64,000 nucleotides of DNA from Terriglobia bacterium (GCA_021323595.1 JAJPKR010000031.1:13599-77598), one strand, 5' to 3'; positions 44,553 to 53,715 are shown, counted from the first letter of the stretch. Notes: generated by a model not told the origin, from the letters alone. A program made the numbers and translations.

Positions 44553-45137
44553 CTATTTCGGGAGCGAAAGCAGGCGGCGGATGAAATCGTTCCCGTCGGG
44601 CGCTCCTAGGGCAGGCGCGTCCTCGAAGGCCACGCGATGGCGGGCGCGGTCCAGTACCAGCTTCCATGGTGTGCGGGGCGGGCTGAGCGCTTGCAGGCGC
44701 CGGCCATCCTCGTCTATTAGCAACGGGTATAGTAGCAAGTTTCGGCGCGCAAACGCGCGCGCCTGTTCGCGGGTGGCATAGGCCATGATGCCAAAGACCG
44801 CGATATCAGACCGCCGCGATACTACACGACTTAAAGCCGCGGACTCCGCCGTGAGGAATGGGGCATCGTATCGCGTAAAAACATAAAACGCCAAATAACG
44901 CCCCTCGGCGTGGGCCGGCACGACCAAACCGCCTTGGGCGCTGGGGAAAGCCGAATCCATCAACCAGTCGATAGCACTGCTCGACGGGCGGCCGTAGGCG
45001 CGCTGGACATCGGCCTTTAGAGCCTGAGTCTTCCACAATAGAGCGGCGTTTGCCGCGATTAGGGCGATTACACAGATGGGCCACAGCCGCCGCCGAGCGG
45101 CGGCCCCCACCGCGGCGATCCCGTTCGCGACTCTCAC
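44553..45137 (-). CDS. Membrane-anchored thioredoxin-fold (TlpA/redoxin-like) protein lacking the CxxC motif
   Basis: N-terminal TM (LWPICVIALIAANAALL). Redoxin-like layout GRYLAFYVFTRYDAPFL...VFGIMAYATREQARAFARRNLLLYPLLIDEDG...PWKLVLD, with RYDAPF where WCxxC normally sits. GTG start sits 7 nt after the upstream stop. Confidence 0.5.
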   Translation of the reverse strand: MRVANGIAAVGAAARRRLWPICVIALIAANAALLWKTQALKADVQRAYGRPSSSAIDWLMDSAFPSAQGGLVVPAHAEGRYLAFYVFTRYDAPFLTAESAALSRVVSRRSDIAVFGIMAYATREQARAFARRNLLLYPLLIDEDGRRLQALSPPRTPWKLVLDRARHRVAFEDAPALGAPDGNDFIRRLLSLPK

Positions 45138-45144
45138 CGTAACG

Positions 45145-46236
45145 TCACCTCAGATCGCGCAGCTCGGCACGGATCAGTTGCGCGCCACCCTTGCTGCTGG
45201 CGCCGAAGAGCAAGGCGTCGCCGCGCCCTGTTCCAACCAGCCGCCCGGGCGCAGGCACGTCGGTCCCGATCTGCGCGCCCGATAGATTGAAAAGCTCGAG
45301 CCAGAAATGTCCCGAGCGCCGCACGCAAACAATCACTGTTCTCCCTGAAATCACGATGGAAACGGGGACTGCCGCGTTTTGCATATAAGTCCGCACATAC
45401 TCGGCGCCACCCATAGCGTCAAAAGCGCCCGCCCTCGGCATGACCCGGCTTTGGATCGGGTGCGACGACACCCGTCCGGAACTCGGGTCAATCGAATAGA
45501 GTGTCCAAGCCGGGGAATCGATGGCCCAGACATTTCCTCTCGGTCCAACCTCGATGGGCACCGTCTGCACGGAAAACTGTCGCTTCTGGAGCACCTCGGG
45601 CGCCGTCGGCAGAAACGAGCGGACGTACTGCAGACCTGGGAACGTAAATTGATGGATGAGCAGACAGCCGCCGGGCGGTTTCGATCTTGGCGAGCAACCG
45701 GCGACGAAGACCCGTCCGCGCGTCTCGTCCAGCGCGAGCCCATAAGTGATTCGGATCGCTTTGAGCAATACCGCAGATATGAGTGAGCCCTGCGAAAACC
45801 GCGCCAGCTCAGGCGGGTAAAGTGTCGATACCCAAGTGTCGCCAAGATGGTCGACCCGAAAACCCTCGACCCGCGAAAGCCCGGTCGGTATATCCGTTCC
45901 CGCCAGCTTGCCGATCAGGCGCCCCGACAGATCGAATTGCGCAAGGCTGACTGTATCGGGCCCTGAGAACGTCCCCGATAGCACGGTCAGGCGGCCCTCG
46001 GGGCGCTCGGTCGCGAATATAACCCTCGGCAGCGCCCCGATTAGCATGGTCTTCCGGGCGATTCGCAGCGTGTACCCGCCCGCCCACCGAGCCGCCGTTC
46101 GCTTTTGGCTACGACGGGCGGCACCAGGCACCCAAGCGGCTAGCTGCAGCGCCGCGCCGCCGACTACCGCCAGGAGCGCCAGCCGATACAGGGCGCGCAG
46201 GGCCCTACCCCCGCGCGCCCGTTCCGCAGCCTGCAC
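45145..46236 (-). CDS. Membrane-anchored hypothetical protein, beta-propeller-like
   Basis: TM helix LRALYRLALLAVVGGAALQLAAW, then a beta-rich body (GNVWAIDSPAWTLYSIDPSSGRV...). Start set to GTG 46236 (GGAG 9 nt upstream, 1 nt after the peptide stop). ATG 46260 is the track alternative. Confidence 0.5.
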   Translation of the reverse strand: MQAAERARGGRALRALYRLALLAVVGGAALQLAAWVPGAARRSQKRTAARWAGGYTLRIARKTMLIGALPRVIFATERPEGRLTVLSGTFSGPDTVSLAQFDLSGRLIGKLAGTDIPTGLSRVEGFRVDHLGDTWVSTLYPPELARFSQGSLISAVLLKAIRITYGLALDETRGRVFVAGCSPRSKPPGGCLLIHQFTFPGLQYVRSFLPTAPEVLQKRQFSVQTVPIEVGPRGNVWAIDSPAWTLYSIDPSSGRVSSHPIQSRVMPRAGAFDAMGGAEYVRTYMQNAAVPVSIVISGRTVIVCVRRSGHFWLELFNLSGAQIGTDVPAPGRLVGTGRGDALLFGASSKGGAQLIRAELRDLR

Positions 46237-46237
46237 G

Positions 46238-46438
46238 CTAGCTGCTCCAAGTGCAGTCATAGGGTGGCTCTATTGCAGCGCACCCCACCTTCTGCCCTTG
46301 AAGATTGTACAGATAGTTGCCGTTACGGACCAGTGTGACCGCGTCCGCCCGGGTTGGCACAAACAGGACCGCGGCGCTAGCTCCGAGCACAAGCACCGCA
46401 GTTGTGGAAAGAACCAATTTCAAGAAACGCGAAAGCAT
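46238..46438 (-). CDS. Small secreted peptide precursor (66 aa) with two Cys in the C-terminal part
   Basis: ATG 46438 preceded by GGAGGGAG with a 7-nt spacer. Sec-type signal MLSRFLKLVLSTTAVLVLGASAAVLFVPTRADA; predicted mature peptide VTLVRNGNYLYNLQGQKVGCAAIEPPYDCTWSS. Confidence 0.55.
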   Translation of the reverse strand: MLSRFLKLVLSTTAVLVLGASAAVLFVPTRADAVTLVRNGNYLYNLQGQKVGCAAIEPPYDCTWSS

Positions 46439-46455
46439 AACTTCTCCCTCCGCGC

Positions 46456-46484
46456 AGAATTCCCCCCCCAGAGGCCTTTGTCAA
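46456..46484 (-). promoter_or_regulatory. Possible promoter of the peptide-ADOP operon
   Basis: Minus strand reads TTGACA (46479-46484), 17-nt spacer, AATTCT (46456-46461). Weak -10, and it would leave a very short leader, so confidence is low. Confidence 0.25.
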
Positions 46485-46488
46485 GCGA

Positions 46489-46510
46489 TTGTTCACAATT
46501 GTTTTCACAA
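46489..46510. promoter_or_regulatory. Two adjacent TTGT..ACAA dyads just upstream of the TTGACA hexamer
   Basis: TTGTTCACAA (46489-46498) and TTGTTTTCACAA (46499-46510). On the minus strand they read TTGTGAAAACAA-TTGTGAACAA, ending 4 nt before TTGACA. Confidence 0.3.
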
Positions 46511-46688
46511 CGTGATGAGGCAGATTCGGCCCCAGACATACTGACGGCGAATCGAGCCACCCGCATGCATCCTTCAGCCGAGGTAGGGGCCCGTGGCGGC
46601 GGTTCACCAATCGCCCTCGCCCCCATGCCGCCGAGCATGGGCCGACGATGCAGCGTCGCTCGCCCCGGCGTGCGGGATGCCCGTTCGC

Positions 46689-47939
46689 TTAGAGCGTGTT
46701 CATCGCGGCGAGGAAGTCGGCATTGCTCTTGGCCTTGAGCAGCTTGTCCCGCAGCAGTTCCATGGACTCGGTCACGGATAGCGGATTAAGGACCTTGCGC
46801 AGGACCCAGATGCGGTTCAGGTCATCTTTCGGGATCAGCAGCTCTTCCTTGCGGGTGCCCGAGCGCTGGATATCGATCGCCGGGAAGATGCGCTTATCCA
46901 CCAGCTTGCGGTCGAGAATGATTTCCATGTTGCCGGTGCCCTTGAACTCCTCGAAGATCACGTCGTCCATGCGGCTGCCGGTTTCGATGAGAGCGGTGGC
47001 GATGATCGTGAGCGACCCGCCTTCTTCGATGTTCCGCGCCGCGCCGAAGAAGCGCTTGGGGCGTTGCAAGGCGTTGGAGTCCACGCCGCCGCTCAGCACT
47101 TTGCCGGAAGGCGGCACGACGGTGTTGTAGGCGCGGCCGAGGCGCGTAATCGAATCGAGCAAAATCACGACATCGCGCTTGTGCTCGACGAGCCGTTTGG
47201 CCTTCTCGATCACCATTTCGGCCACTTGCACGTGGCGCGAGGCCGGCTCGTCGAAGGTCGAACTGATGACTTCGCCCTTGACCGTCCGCTGCATATCGGT
47301 GACTTCTTCCGGCCGCTCGTCAATGAGCAGAACGATCAGCACCACCTCGGGATGGTTGGCGGTGATGGAGTTGGCGATCGACTGCAGCAGCATCGTCTTG
47401 CCGGTGCGGGGCGGGGCGACGATCAAGCCGCGCTGCCCTTTGCCGATCGGCGTGAGCAGATCCATGATGCGGCCGGAGATGTTTTCACGCACCGTTTCCA
47501 ACTTGATCCGCTCGTTGGGATAGAGCGGGGTCAGATTGTCGAAAAGGATCTTGTTGCGGGCCTCCTCGGGCGCCTCGAAGTTGATCGCCTCGATTTTGAC
47601 CAAGGCGAAGTACTTTTCACCCTCATGCGGGGGCCGCACTTGGCCGGAGCAGGTATCGCCGGTGCGCAGGTCGAAGCGGCGGATTTGCGAGGGGGAGACG
47701 TAAATGTCATCCGGGCCAGGCAAATAGTTGTAATCGGGGGAGCGCAGGAAGCCATAGCCGTCGGGGAGGATTTCCAGCACGCCTTCGGCAAAGATGTGGC
47801 CTTCTTTTTCGCTCTGCGCCTGCAAGATCTTGAAGATCAGATCCTGCTTGCGCATGCCGCTGGCGCCGGGCAGCTCGAGGGTGCGGGCGATGCGGGTGAG
47901 TTCGGTGATGTTCTTTTCCTTCAATTCAGCAATTGTCAT
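46689..47939 (-). CDS. rho: Transcription termination factor Rho
   Basis: 416 aa. N-terminal [37 protein letters not shown]-binding [14 protein letters not shown], Walker [13 protein letters not shown]. Confidence 0.97.
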   Translation of the reverse strand: MTIAELKEKNITELTRIARTLELPGASGMRKQDLIFKILQAQSEKEGHIFAEGVLEILPDGYGFLRSPDYNYLPGPDDIYVSPSQIRRFDLRTGDTCSGQVRPPHEGEKYFALVKIEAINFEAPEEARNKILFDNLTPLYPNERIKLETVRENISGRIMDLLTPIGKGQRGLIVAPPRTGKTMLLQSIANSITANHPEVVLIVLLIDERPEEVTDMQRTVKGEVISSTFDEPASRHVQVAEMVIEKAKRLVEHKRDVVILLDSITRLGRAYNTVVPPSGKVLSGGVDSNALQRPKRFFGAARNIEEGGSLTIIATALIETGSRMDDVIFEEFKGTGNMEIILDRKLVDKRIFPAIDIQRSGTRKEELLIPKDDLNRIWVLRKVLNPLSVTESMELLRDKLLKAKSNADFLAAMNTL

Positions 47940-48113
47940 GCGGGTTTAACGTGCGGGCGGGAAAATCAAACACGTCCTCAACGCAAGTTCTGGAGAAGCC
48001 CAGGATTTCAGGGAACTACCGCGGGGAAGCGAGCGGGAAAAACCCGCCCGAACCAGTAGATTGAAAATATACCATAGTCACGTGAACTGACGCAAGAGGC
48101 CGCGCGGGAGGGT

Positions 48114-48410
48114 TCAGTCCAAGTCAACATCCCGCGGCGGGGGCGGCGCGGTAGGGTCCTCGCGAGCGCGCCGCAGGGCCTCCTGGAACTTTTGGCCCAG
48201 CAACTCATCACGATGCTTCTCCGCCTGGACGGACTCTTCGAAGCGCCGGTTGCGTTGCTCTTCTTGGCGTTTCAATTGCTCGTTCGCGTGTTCTAAGTCC
48301 AGGCTGGCCTTCTTGCCGGGGCGGCGGTGCTCGAGGACGGCACCGCTGGCGGCATCCACGGTAATTTCCGTGCCACAGCCGGGACACCGGATATGCAACA
48401 GCTTAGCCAT
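48114..48410 (-). CDS. Zinc-ribbon small protein (hypothetical)
   Basis: ATG 48410 with GGGGAGGA upstream. MAKLLHIRCPGCGTEITVD is a CxxC ribbon; the C-terminal half is charged and coiled-coil-like. Confidence 0.55.
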   Translation of the reverse strand: MAKLLHIRCPGCGTEITVDAASGAVLEHRRPGKKASLDLEHANEQLKRQEEQRNRRFEESVQAEKHRDELLGQKFQEALRRAREDPTAPPPPRDVDLD

Positions 48411-48552
48411 TCCTCCCCAAAGTTTACGCCCTCCAGCCCCGTTGGCGCGCGGCCGCGCGCCGCCAATCTCGGCATCGCTCGCCGCCACGATCGAGCCATG
48501 GGCGGCCTGGGGGCGGCGTTGGGGGGGCCGGGGGCCCGGCTGCTAGACTGGA

Positions 48553-49386
48553 ATGAGCCGCATGTTCCCTGTATTGCTAAAGATCGGCAACTTCACCCTG
48601 CATACCTATGGCTTGCTCGTGGCGACGGGTTTTCTGGTTGGCATTTTCGTCGCCGAGCGAATGGCGCGCCGGTTCGAGCTCAATCCGGACCGCATTTTCA
48701 CTCTGGCCATTTTTCTAGCGATCGGCGCCATATTCGGCGCCAAGCTCTTCCTGGTCATACAGGAATGGCGCTACTACGTCCACGACCCGCGCGCCTTTCT
48801 CGGCGCCGACTTCTGGGAGTCCGGCGGAATTTTCTATGGCGGCGTGATCGTCGCCCTGCTGGTTCTCACTTGGTATGTGCGACGGCACCATTTGCGGTGG
48901 CTGGCGGTCGGGGATGCGGTAGCGCCGGGCGTGGCCATTGGCCACTCGATCGGCCGGCTGGGCTGCTTCTCCGCGGGATGCTGTTTCGGCAAGCCGACGG
49001 CGCTTTTCTTCGGGGTGACGTTCACCAGCCTGTATGCCCATAACACCGTCGGGGTTCCGCTCAACATTCCGCTCTACCCGACGCAGTTGATGGAATCGGC
49101 GGCGGAGGCGGTCATTTTCATTCTGCTCTGGCGCATGGCCCGGAAGCGCGCCTTCGAGGGGCAACTGACCGCGTTTTACTTGGTCGCCTATGGCGCCGTG
49201 CGCTTCGGAGTGGACTTCCTGCGCGCCTATGAGCCCCAAGCCATGTTGTTCCATGGGCTGATGACGGACGCACAGCTCACCAGCCTGGGCATGATCGCGC
49301 TGGCTATCGCCATCTTGGTCCGCCAGCGGCGGCTGGCCGGGAGTGCCCATCCGCCGCGGGAGGCGCGCGCGGCGCGCCCAGCTTAG
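48553..49386 (+). CDS. lgt: Prolipoprotein diacylglyceryl transferase
   Basis: N-terminus FTLHTYGLLVATGFLVG; signature GRLGCFSAGCCFGKPT. Confidence 0.92.
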   Translation: MSRMFPVLLKIGNFTLHTYGLLVATGFLVGIFVAERMARRFELNPDRIFTLAIFLAIGAIFGAKLFLVIQEWRYYVHDPRAFLGADFWESGGIFYGGVIVALLVLTWYVRRHHLRWLAVGDAVAPGVAIGHSIGRLGCFSAGCCFGKPTALFFGVTFTSLYAHNTVGVPLNIPLYPTQLMESAAEAVIFILLWRMARKRAFEGQLTAFYLVAYGAVRFGVDFLRAYEPQAMLFHGLMTDAQLTSLGMIALAIAILVRQRRLAGSAHPPREARAARPA

Positions 49387-49405
49387 CGCGGCGGGGCGCG
49401 GACCC

Positions 49406-50347
49406 GTGCCGACGATCGTCAGCGAGCCTCGCCATCGCGGCTGGCGCTTGGACCGCGTGCTCGCCGAGCAGTTCCCCGATTCCAGCCGGGTTCGGCTGCA
49501 AGAGCTGATTCGCGCCGGCCGCGTCACGCTGGGCGGACAGATTCAGATGGAGCCGGCGCGGCGTTTGCGCGGCGGCGAAACGATTGGCGTCGAGTTCCTC
49601 GAGCGCCCGGCACGGGCGCTCCGGCCAGCGCCCATGGCGCTCAAGATCGCATACGAGGACGAGGCGATCGCCGTAGTCGATAAGCCGGCCGGCCTGGTGG
49701 TGCATCCCGGGGCGGGCACCGCCGCCTCCGGGGCGACGCTGGTGGAAGGGCTGCTGGCGCACTTTGGCTCACTACCAGCGGGATTCGCGGGCGGACCGCC
49801 CCGGCCGGGGATCGTTCACCGGCTGGACCGCGATACCAGCGGCCTGTTGATCGTGGCCAAGAGCGACCTGGCGCACCAGCGATTGGCGCGGCAGTTCCAG
49901 CGCCGCGAAGTGGAGAAGTACTACCTGGCGCTGGTGCACCGGCAGATGCCACGACGGGAAGGCGAGATCACGACCCCCATCAGCCGGGACACGCGCCGCC
50001 GCACGCGCATGACCACGCGGCGCAGCGGCGGCCGGGAAGCGCGCACCGCCTATACCGTATTGGAGGCGATCGGCGCGAGGCAGGGCGGGCTCCACAGTGG
50101 GTATAGCCTCTTGCGGGTACGAATCTTCACGGGCCGGACTCACCAGATCCGGGTGCACCTGAGCTCGATCGGCCATCCTATTGCCGGCGATCGGGTATAC
50201 GGCGCACCAGCCGGGCCGCTCGGGCGGCTTTTCCTGCACGCCGCCGAACTGCGGTTTCGCCATCCGCTGACCGGGCAGCCGCTGGAATTGCGCTCGCCCA
50301 TGCCGAGCGAGCTGGAGGATTACTTGGAGCACCTGCGCCGCCTATAA
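49406..50347 (+). CDS. RluA-family 23S rRNA pseudouridine synthase (RluD-like, S4 domain + catalytic domain)
   Basis: S4-like WRLDRVLAEQFPDSSRVRLQELIRAGRVTLGG; catalytic HRLDRDTSGLLIVAKS. Start taken as GTG 49406; the track's 49343 start overlaps lgt. Confidence 0.85.
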   Translation: MPTIVSEPRHRGWRLDRVLAEQFPDSSRVRLQELIRAGRVTLGGQIQMEPARRLRGGETIGVEFLERPARALRPAPMALKIAYEDEAIAVVDKPAGLVVHPGAGTAASGATLVEGLLAHFGSLPAGFAGGPPRPGIVHRLDRDTSGLLIVAKSDLAHQRLARQFQRREVEKYYLALVHRQMPRREGEITTPISRDTRRRTRMTTRRSGGREARTAYTVLEAIGARQGGLHSGYSLLRVRIFTGRTHQIRVHLSSIGHPIAGDRVYGAPAGPLGRLFLHAAELRFRHPLTGQPLELRSPMPSELEDYLEHLRRL

Positions 50348-50403
50348 TTTGGGCAGGCAGCGCCGCCGCGTCACAATCCCAGCAAGCGGGGTCTTGCGCC
50401 GAT

Positions 50404-51342
50404 ATGCTTCGAACCGCCGTTTTACCGGCCTGTGCAGTTCTTTTTTTGGCGAGTCTGCCCGCTGCCGCCCAAGGCACCGCGGCACCGCCAGCACCCGCTC
50501 AGCGGCAGAGCCCGACGACCATCGTCAAGAACGTCAACGAGGTCAACATCGTCTTTTCCGCCCTCGACAAGCACCACCACATCATCACGGGACTGCGCAG
50601 GGATCAAATTGAAGTTTTCGACTCCAAGCGCCCCCAGGTGATTACGCGATTCCTCAGCGAGGGCGACCTGCCGCTGCGAATCGCATTGCTCATCGATACC
50701 AGCACCAGCGTGCGCGGGCGATTCAAATTCGAGCAAGAAGCGGCAATCGAGTTCATCGAATCGGTGCTGCGCCAAGGCACGGACAAGGCCATGGTCGTGG
50801 CTTTCGACTCGAATTTTCAGGTCGTGCAAGACTTCACCGACAACGAAGAAGCGCTGGCACAGGCGATCAACAGCCTGCGCGCGGGAGGCGGCACGGCGCT
50901 GTACGACGCGATTTATTACACCGCGCGCCAGAAGCTCTTCCACGACGGATCGGATCTTCGCAACGTCATGGTGGTGATCAGCGACGGCGACGACGACCAG
51001 AGCCGCTACAGCGCCAGCGAAGCCCTCGCGATGGCCCAGCAGGCGGGCGCGATCATTTACACGATCAGCACCGACCAGACCGGTTCCGATCCGGAGGATG
51101 ACAAGCTGATGAAAACGTTCGCCGACGCCACAGGCGGGCGCAGTTTTTTCCCCTTCGAGGCTCCCGAATTGGGCCACATCTTCGCCTCGATCACAAATGA
51201 ACTGCGGCACCAATACGTTGTCTCCTACGAGCCCAACGACTTTACCGCCAATGGGGCATTTCACCCGATTGAGGTCAAGATCCTAGTCAAGAACGTCATA
51301 GCCCGCACGCGCCGCGGCTATTACGCCACGCAAAATCCTTAG
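50404..51342 (+). CDS. Secreted VWA-domain protein (acidobacterial VWFA-related type)
   Basis: Signal peptide AVLFLASLPAAAQG. VWA/MIDAS-like LLIDTSTSV...GGGTALYDAI...VVISDGDD. Confidence 0.8.
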   Translation: MLRTAVLPACAVLFLASLPAAAQGTAAPPAPAQRQSPTTIVKNVNEVNIVFSALDKHHHIITGLRRDQIEVFDSKRPQVITRFLSEGDLPLRIALLIDTSTSVRGRFKFEQEAAIEFIESVLRQGTDKAMVVAFDSNFQVVQDFTDNEEALAQAINSLRAGGGTALYDAIYYTARQKLFHDGSDLRNVMVVISDGDDDQSRYSASEALAMAQQAGAIIYTISTDQTGSDPEDDKLMKTFADATGGRSFFPFEAPELGHIFASITNELRHQYVVSYEPNDFTANGAFHPIEVKILVKNVIARTRRGYYATQNP

Positions 51343-51785
51343 CGACCGGGGGCGGAGGGCCGCCCACCGTGTGGGGAGCCGGCGTTAGTTGCAGGCTGCG
51401 AGTCGGCACCAGAGGCCGCAGCCACCGCACATTTCGGGCGGCAGATGAGATGAGACCACCCTCGGCGGCAATCGCGTGGGTGCAGAACGAGAACATCAAG
51501 CAGCACAATGGGTTAGCGGTGAGGAGACCAACGAAAAACCGATCGAAAAATGGTCTCCTGGTCGAAAGTACAGGTAGCGCGCCACCCGCCATCCCGGCAC
51601 GCGGGAACACGAGGCTAACCCTTTGCAGTGCTTTGGCTTGAGGTGAGGCTGCGGCACACAGCCCGGTTCTGATCTCCTTTTTGGGACGAGCTCCGGGACG
51701 CGATGCCGAGGCGTCCACCGCGCCGGAAAGGTGGCGTCGAAACGGCGGACCGATAGACGCACGAGCCAAGGCAAGGGCCACCACT

Positions 51786-51830
51786 AAGGAGGGGATCGCA
51801 CGCACGGGGCGACGACCCCCTCCTTTTTGC
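51786..51830 (+). terminator. Rho-independent terminator, + strand, ~450 nt beyond the VWA stop
   Basis: AAGGAGGGG (51786-51794) pairs with CCCCTCCTT (51817-51825), followed by TTTG. The T-tract lies on the + strand only. Confidence 0.55.
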
Positions 51831-52351
51831 GCGGTCGGAGAGACGCAAGAGTTAGGTTGTCAAACAGCGGCGGGACGCGATGGATCGGGCGGCCCGGGGA
51901 GGCACCCCTGGGGGGCCTCATAAGTAGGATTCAGATTGGGCCAGGAGAGTTGGCCGAGGTTGCCGGATGACAGGGGCAGATGCTTGGCTAGAAGGCTCTC
52001 GCGCCTAGCGGCCGGTAGGGATGCTTGCCGGCCGGTGAAGCCCATACTGGCAGGCAGACGTGCCCCCCAATACCACTGCGCTGCCCGCCGGACGGTGGGC
52101 GGGGTCGGCGTTCGCCGCCTCGGGGGAGGAGGCGCTGGCGGCCTACCGGGCCGGGCTTCGGCGCGGCGCAGGCGCGGCTGGCGGCGGAGCCGGCGCGCGA
52201 GCTGCTCAGCTAAATCGGCGGAGTTACAGAGCGCCGACGCGTTGGCAGCTGACACCGGACGCGGCAGCAGACCCTGGGCCCCGGCCGAGGGGCGCCGCGG
52301 CGGAAGGACGCCGGACGCCCCGGGGAACACGATTGCGGCGGAGGGTCAGGC

Positions 52352-53095
52352 TTAGCAGTTCATGGCCTTCCGGATGAACTCACTCGCCCGGTCGCTGTAG
52401 GGCGGTTTGAAATCCTCCGGCCAGTTTTTGCGATCGGCGTAAAGCCGGTTTAGACCGGCCTGAATTTCCGGGTCGCCGCCGGTAAATCCTTGGAGCAGCT
52501 CACGCCAGCGGCGGGCCAAAGCTTGCGCCGACGGGCAAGCCGGATCCATGCCCGCCTTCGCTGCCGCTTCAACCTCGGCGATCAGCGCCGCCCAGTCACG
52601 CTCGGCCTGCTGCACCTGTTCCGCAGTCCATTGGCTACGGCGCGCGCGAATCTTGGCGCGCGCCGCTTCGCTGTAATACTTGCCCATCCAATCTTTGCGT
52701 GCGTTCATTTCAATCTCCCGGATGATTTGCCGCAACGCCTCCGCCCGCTCCCGGCGACCACGCGCAAGCGCAGCCTCGGCCGCGGCGATCGCACGGATGG
52801 CGCGGCCCAAATGGGCGCGCCGCTGCTCGAGCGCAAGGCGCTGAGCGGCCAGCGCGCGGCGCAGGTCGTAGTCCGGCCGGCGGAGGAAGTCGCGAATTTG
52901 CCGCAGCGACAACCCGATGAACTTGAGGGTGACGATCTGCTGCAGGCGCTCGAGTTCAGGGGCGCCGTAGAGACGGTATCCCGCCGCGCTGCGACCGGCG
53001 GGCAGCAGCCCCAACCGATCGTAGTGGTGCAGCGCCCGCACGGTCACACCGGCGAGCTTGGCGAACTCTTGCGCTTGCCAACGCCGCTCGTTCAT
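52352..53095 (-). CDS. MerR-family regulator with TipAS-like C-terminal effector domain
   Basis: HTH FAKLAGVTVRALHHYDRLGLL from ATG 53095. The C-terminal part (WMGKYYSEAA...WAALIAEVEAA...RWRELLQGFTGGDPEIQAGL) resembles the TipAS antibiotic-recognition domain. Confidence 0.85.
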   Translation of the reverse strand: MNERRWQAQEFAKLAGVTVRALHHYDRLGLLPAGRSAAGYRLYGAPELERLQQIVTLKFIGLSLRQIRDFLRRPDYDLRRALAAQRLALEQRRAHLGRAIRAIAAAEAALARGRRERAEALRQIIREIEMNARKDWMGKYYSEAARAKIRARRSQWTAEQVQQAERDWAALIAEVEAAAKAGMDPACPSAQALARRWRELLQGFTGGDPEIQAGLNRLYADRKNWPEDFKPPYSDRASEFIRKAMNC

Positions 53096-53147
53096 GGTTG
53101 CGCTCGTATTCCCAGCTTCCACCCTGACGCAAGGTCAGGGTCAAGAG

Positions 53148-53651
53148 CTATGGCTCCGAGGGCGAAAACTGGAACTGGGGGGACTCGAGGGCGAGCAATG
53201 CCGCCTTGACGGCCACTCCGCCGCCGAAGCCGGTGAGCGCGCCGGATGCGCCAATCACGCGATGGCAGGGAATGACGATCGGGATGGGGTTGGCGCCGTT
53301 GGCCGCGCCGACGGCGCGAGCCGCGCCCGGCCGGCCGATGCGGCGCGCCAGTTCGCCATAGCTGATGGTGGCGCCGTAAGGGATGGCTTGCAAGCACTTC
53401 CAGACGCGCCGCTGGAAATCGGTGCCTTGCGGCGCGAGGGGCAAATCGAAGTCGCGGCGCGCGCGCGCGAAATATTCCGCCAACTGGCGGAGAGCGTCGG
53501 CAACGGGCCCGGGCGGGGGCGGCGTGATTTGCCGCGGGCGCGTCCGGCCGGCGTTCGGAAACTCGATACTCCGGATGGCTTGCTCATCGCCGGCGATGCG
53601 GAGCCAACCGACCGGACTCGGATAATAGCCGACGATTTCGCGCGACGACAT
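53148..53651 (-). CDS. ogt: Methylated-DNA--protein-cysteine methyltransferase
   Basis: Active-site PCHRVIGASG, preceded by VWKCLQAIPYGATISYGELA. Confidence 0.9.
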   Translation of the reverse strand: MSSREIVGYYPSPVGWLRIAGDEQAIRSIEFPNAGRTRPRQITPPPPGPVADALRQLAEYFARARRDFDLPLAPQGTDFQRRVWKCLQAIPYGATISYGELARRIGRPGAARAVGAANGANPIPIVIPCHRVIGASGALTGFGGGVAVKAALLALESPQFQFSPSEP

Positions 53652-53715
53652 CCGGCTTCAGTCTAGCGCGACGGCGGGACGGCGGCCGGACGCGCGCCGT
53701 GGCGCGCGAGCGGCG

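Noticed and set aside
48066-48095. TTGCGT-18-TATATT on the minus strand as the rho promoter, and a GCGGG-TTTTT-CCCGC hairpin in the rho leader as an attenuator.
   Set aside because: The spacer is long and the -35 is poor. The hairpin is short. This is plausible but not supportable from sequence alone.
51296-51805. 169-aa minus-strand ORF with an SD-like AAGGAGGGG 11 nt upstream of its GTG.
   Set aside because: The SD-like sequence is one arm of the terminator hairpin. The product is Ala/Arg/Pro-rich and overlaps the 3' end of the VWA gene by 47 nt. It does not look protein-like.
51343-51835. The structured gap as RNase P RNA, tmRNA, SRP RNA, or a TPP or cobalamin riboswitch.
   Set aside because: I could not find the hallmark strings on either strand: GAGGAAAGTCC / ACAGAA-CCGGCTTA for RNase P, a GGGG...TTCGAC 5' end with a T-arm...CCACCA 3' end and an ...LAA tag frame for tmRNA, GTCCGGAAGGAAGCAGCC for SRP, CTGAGA for TPP, or GCCACTG for B12. 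Only a covariance-model search can settle this.
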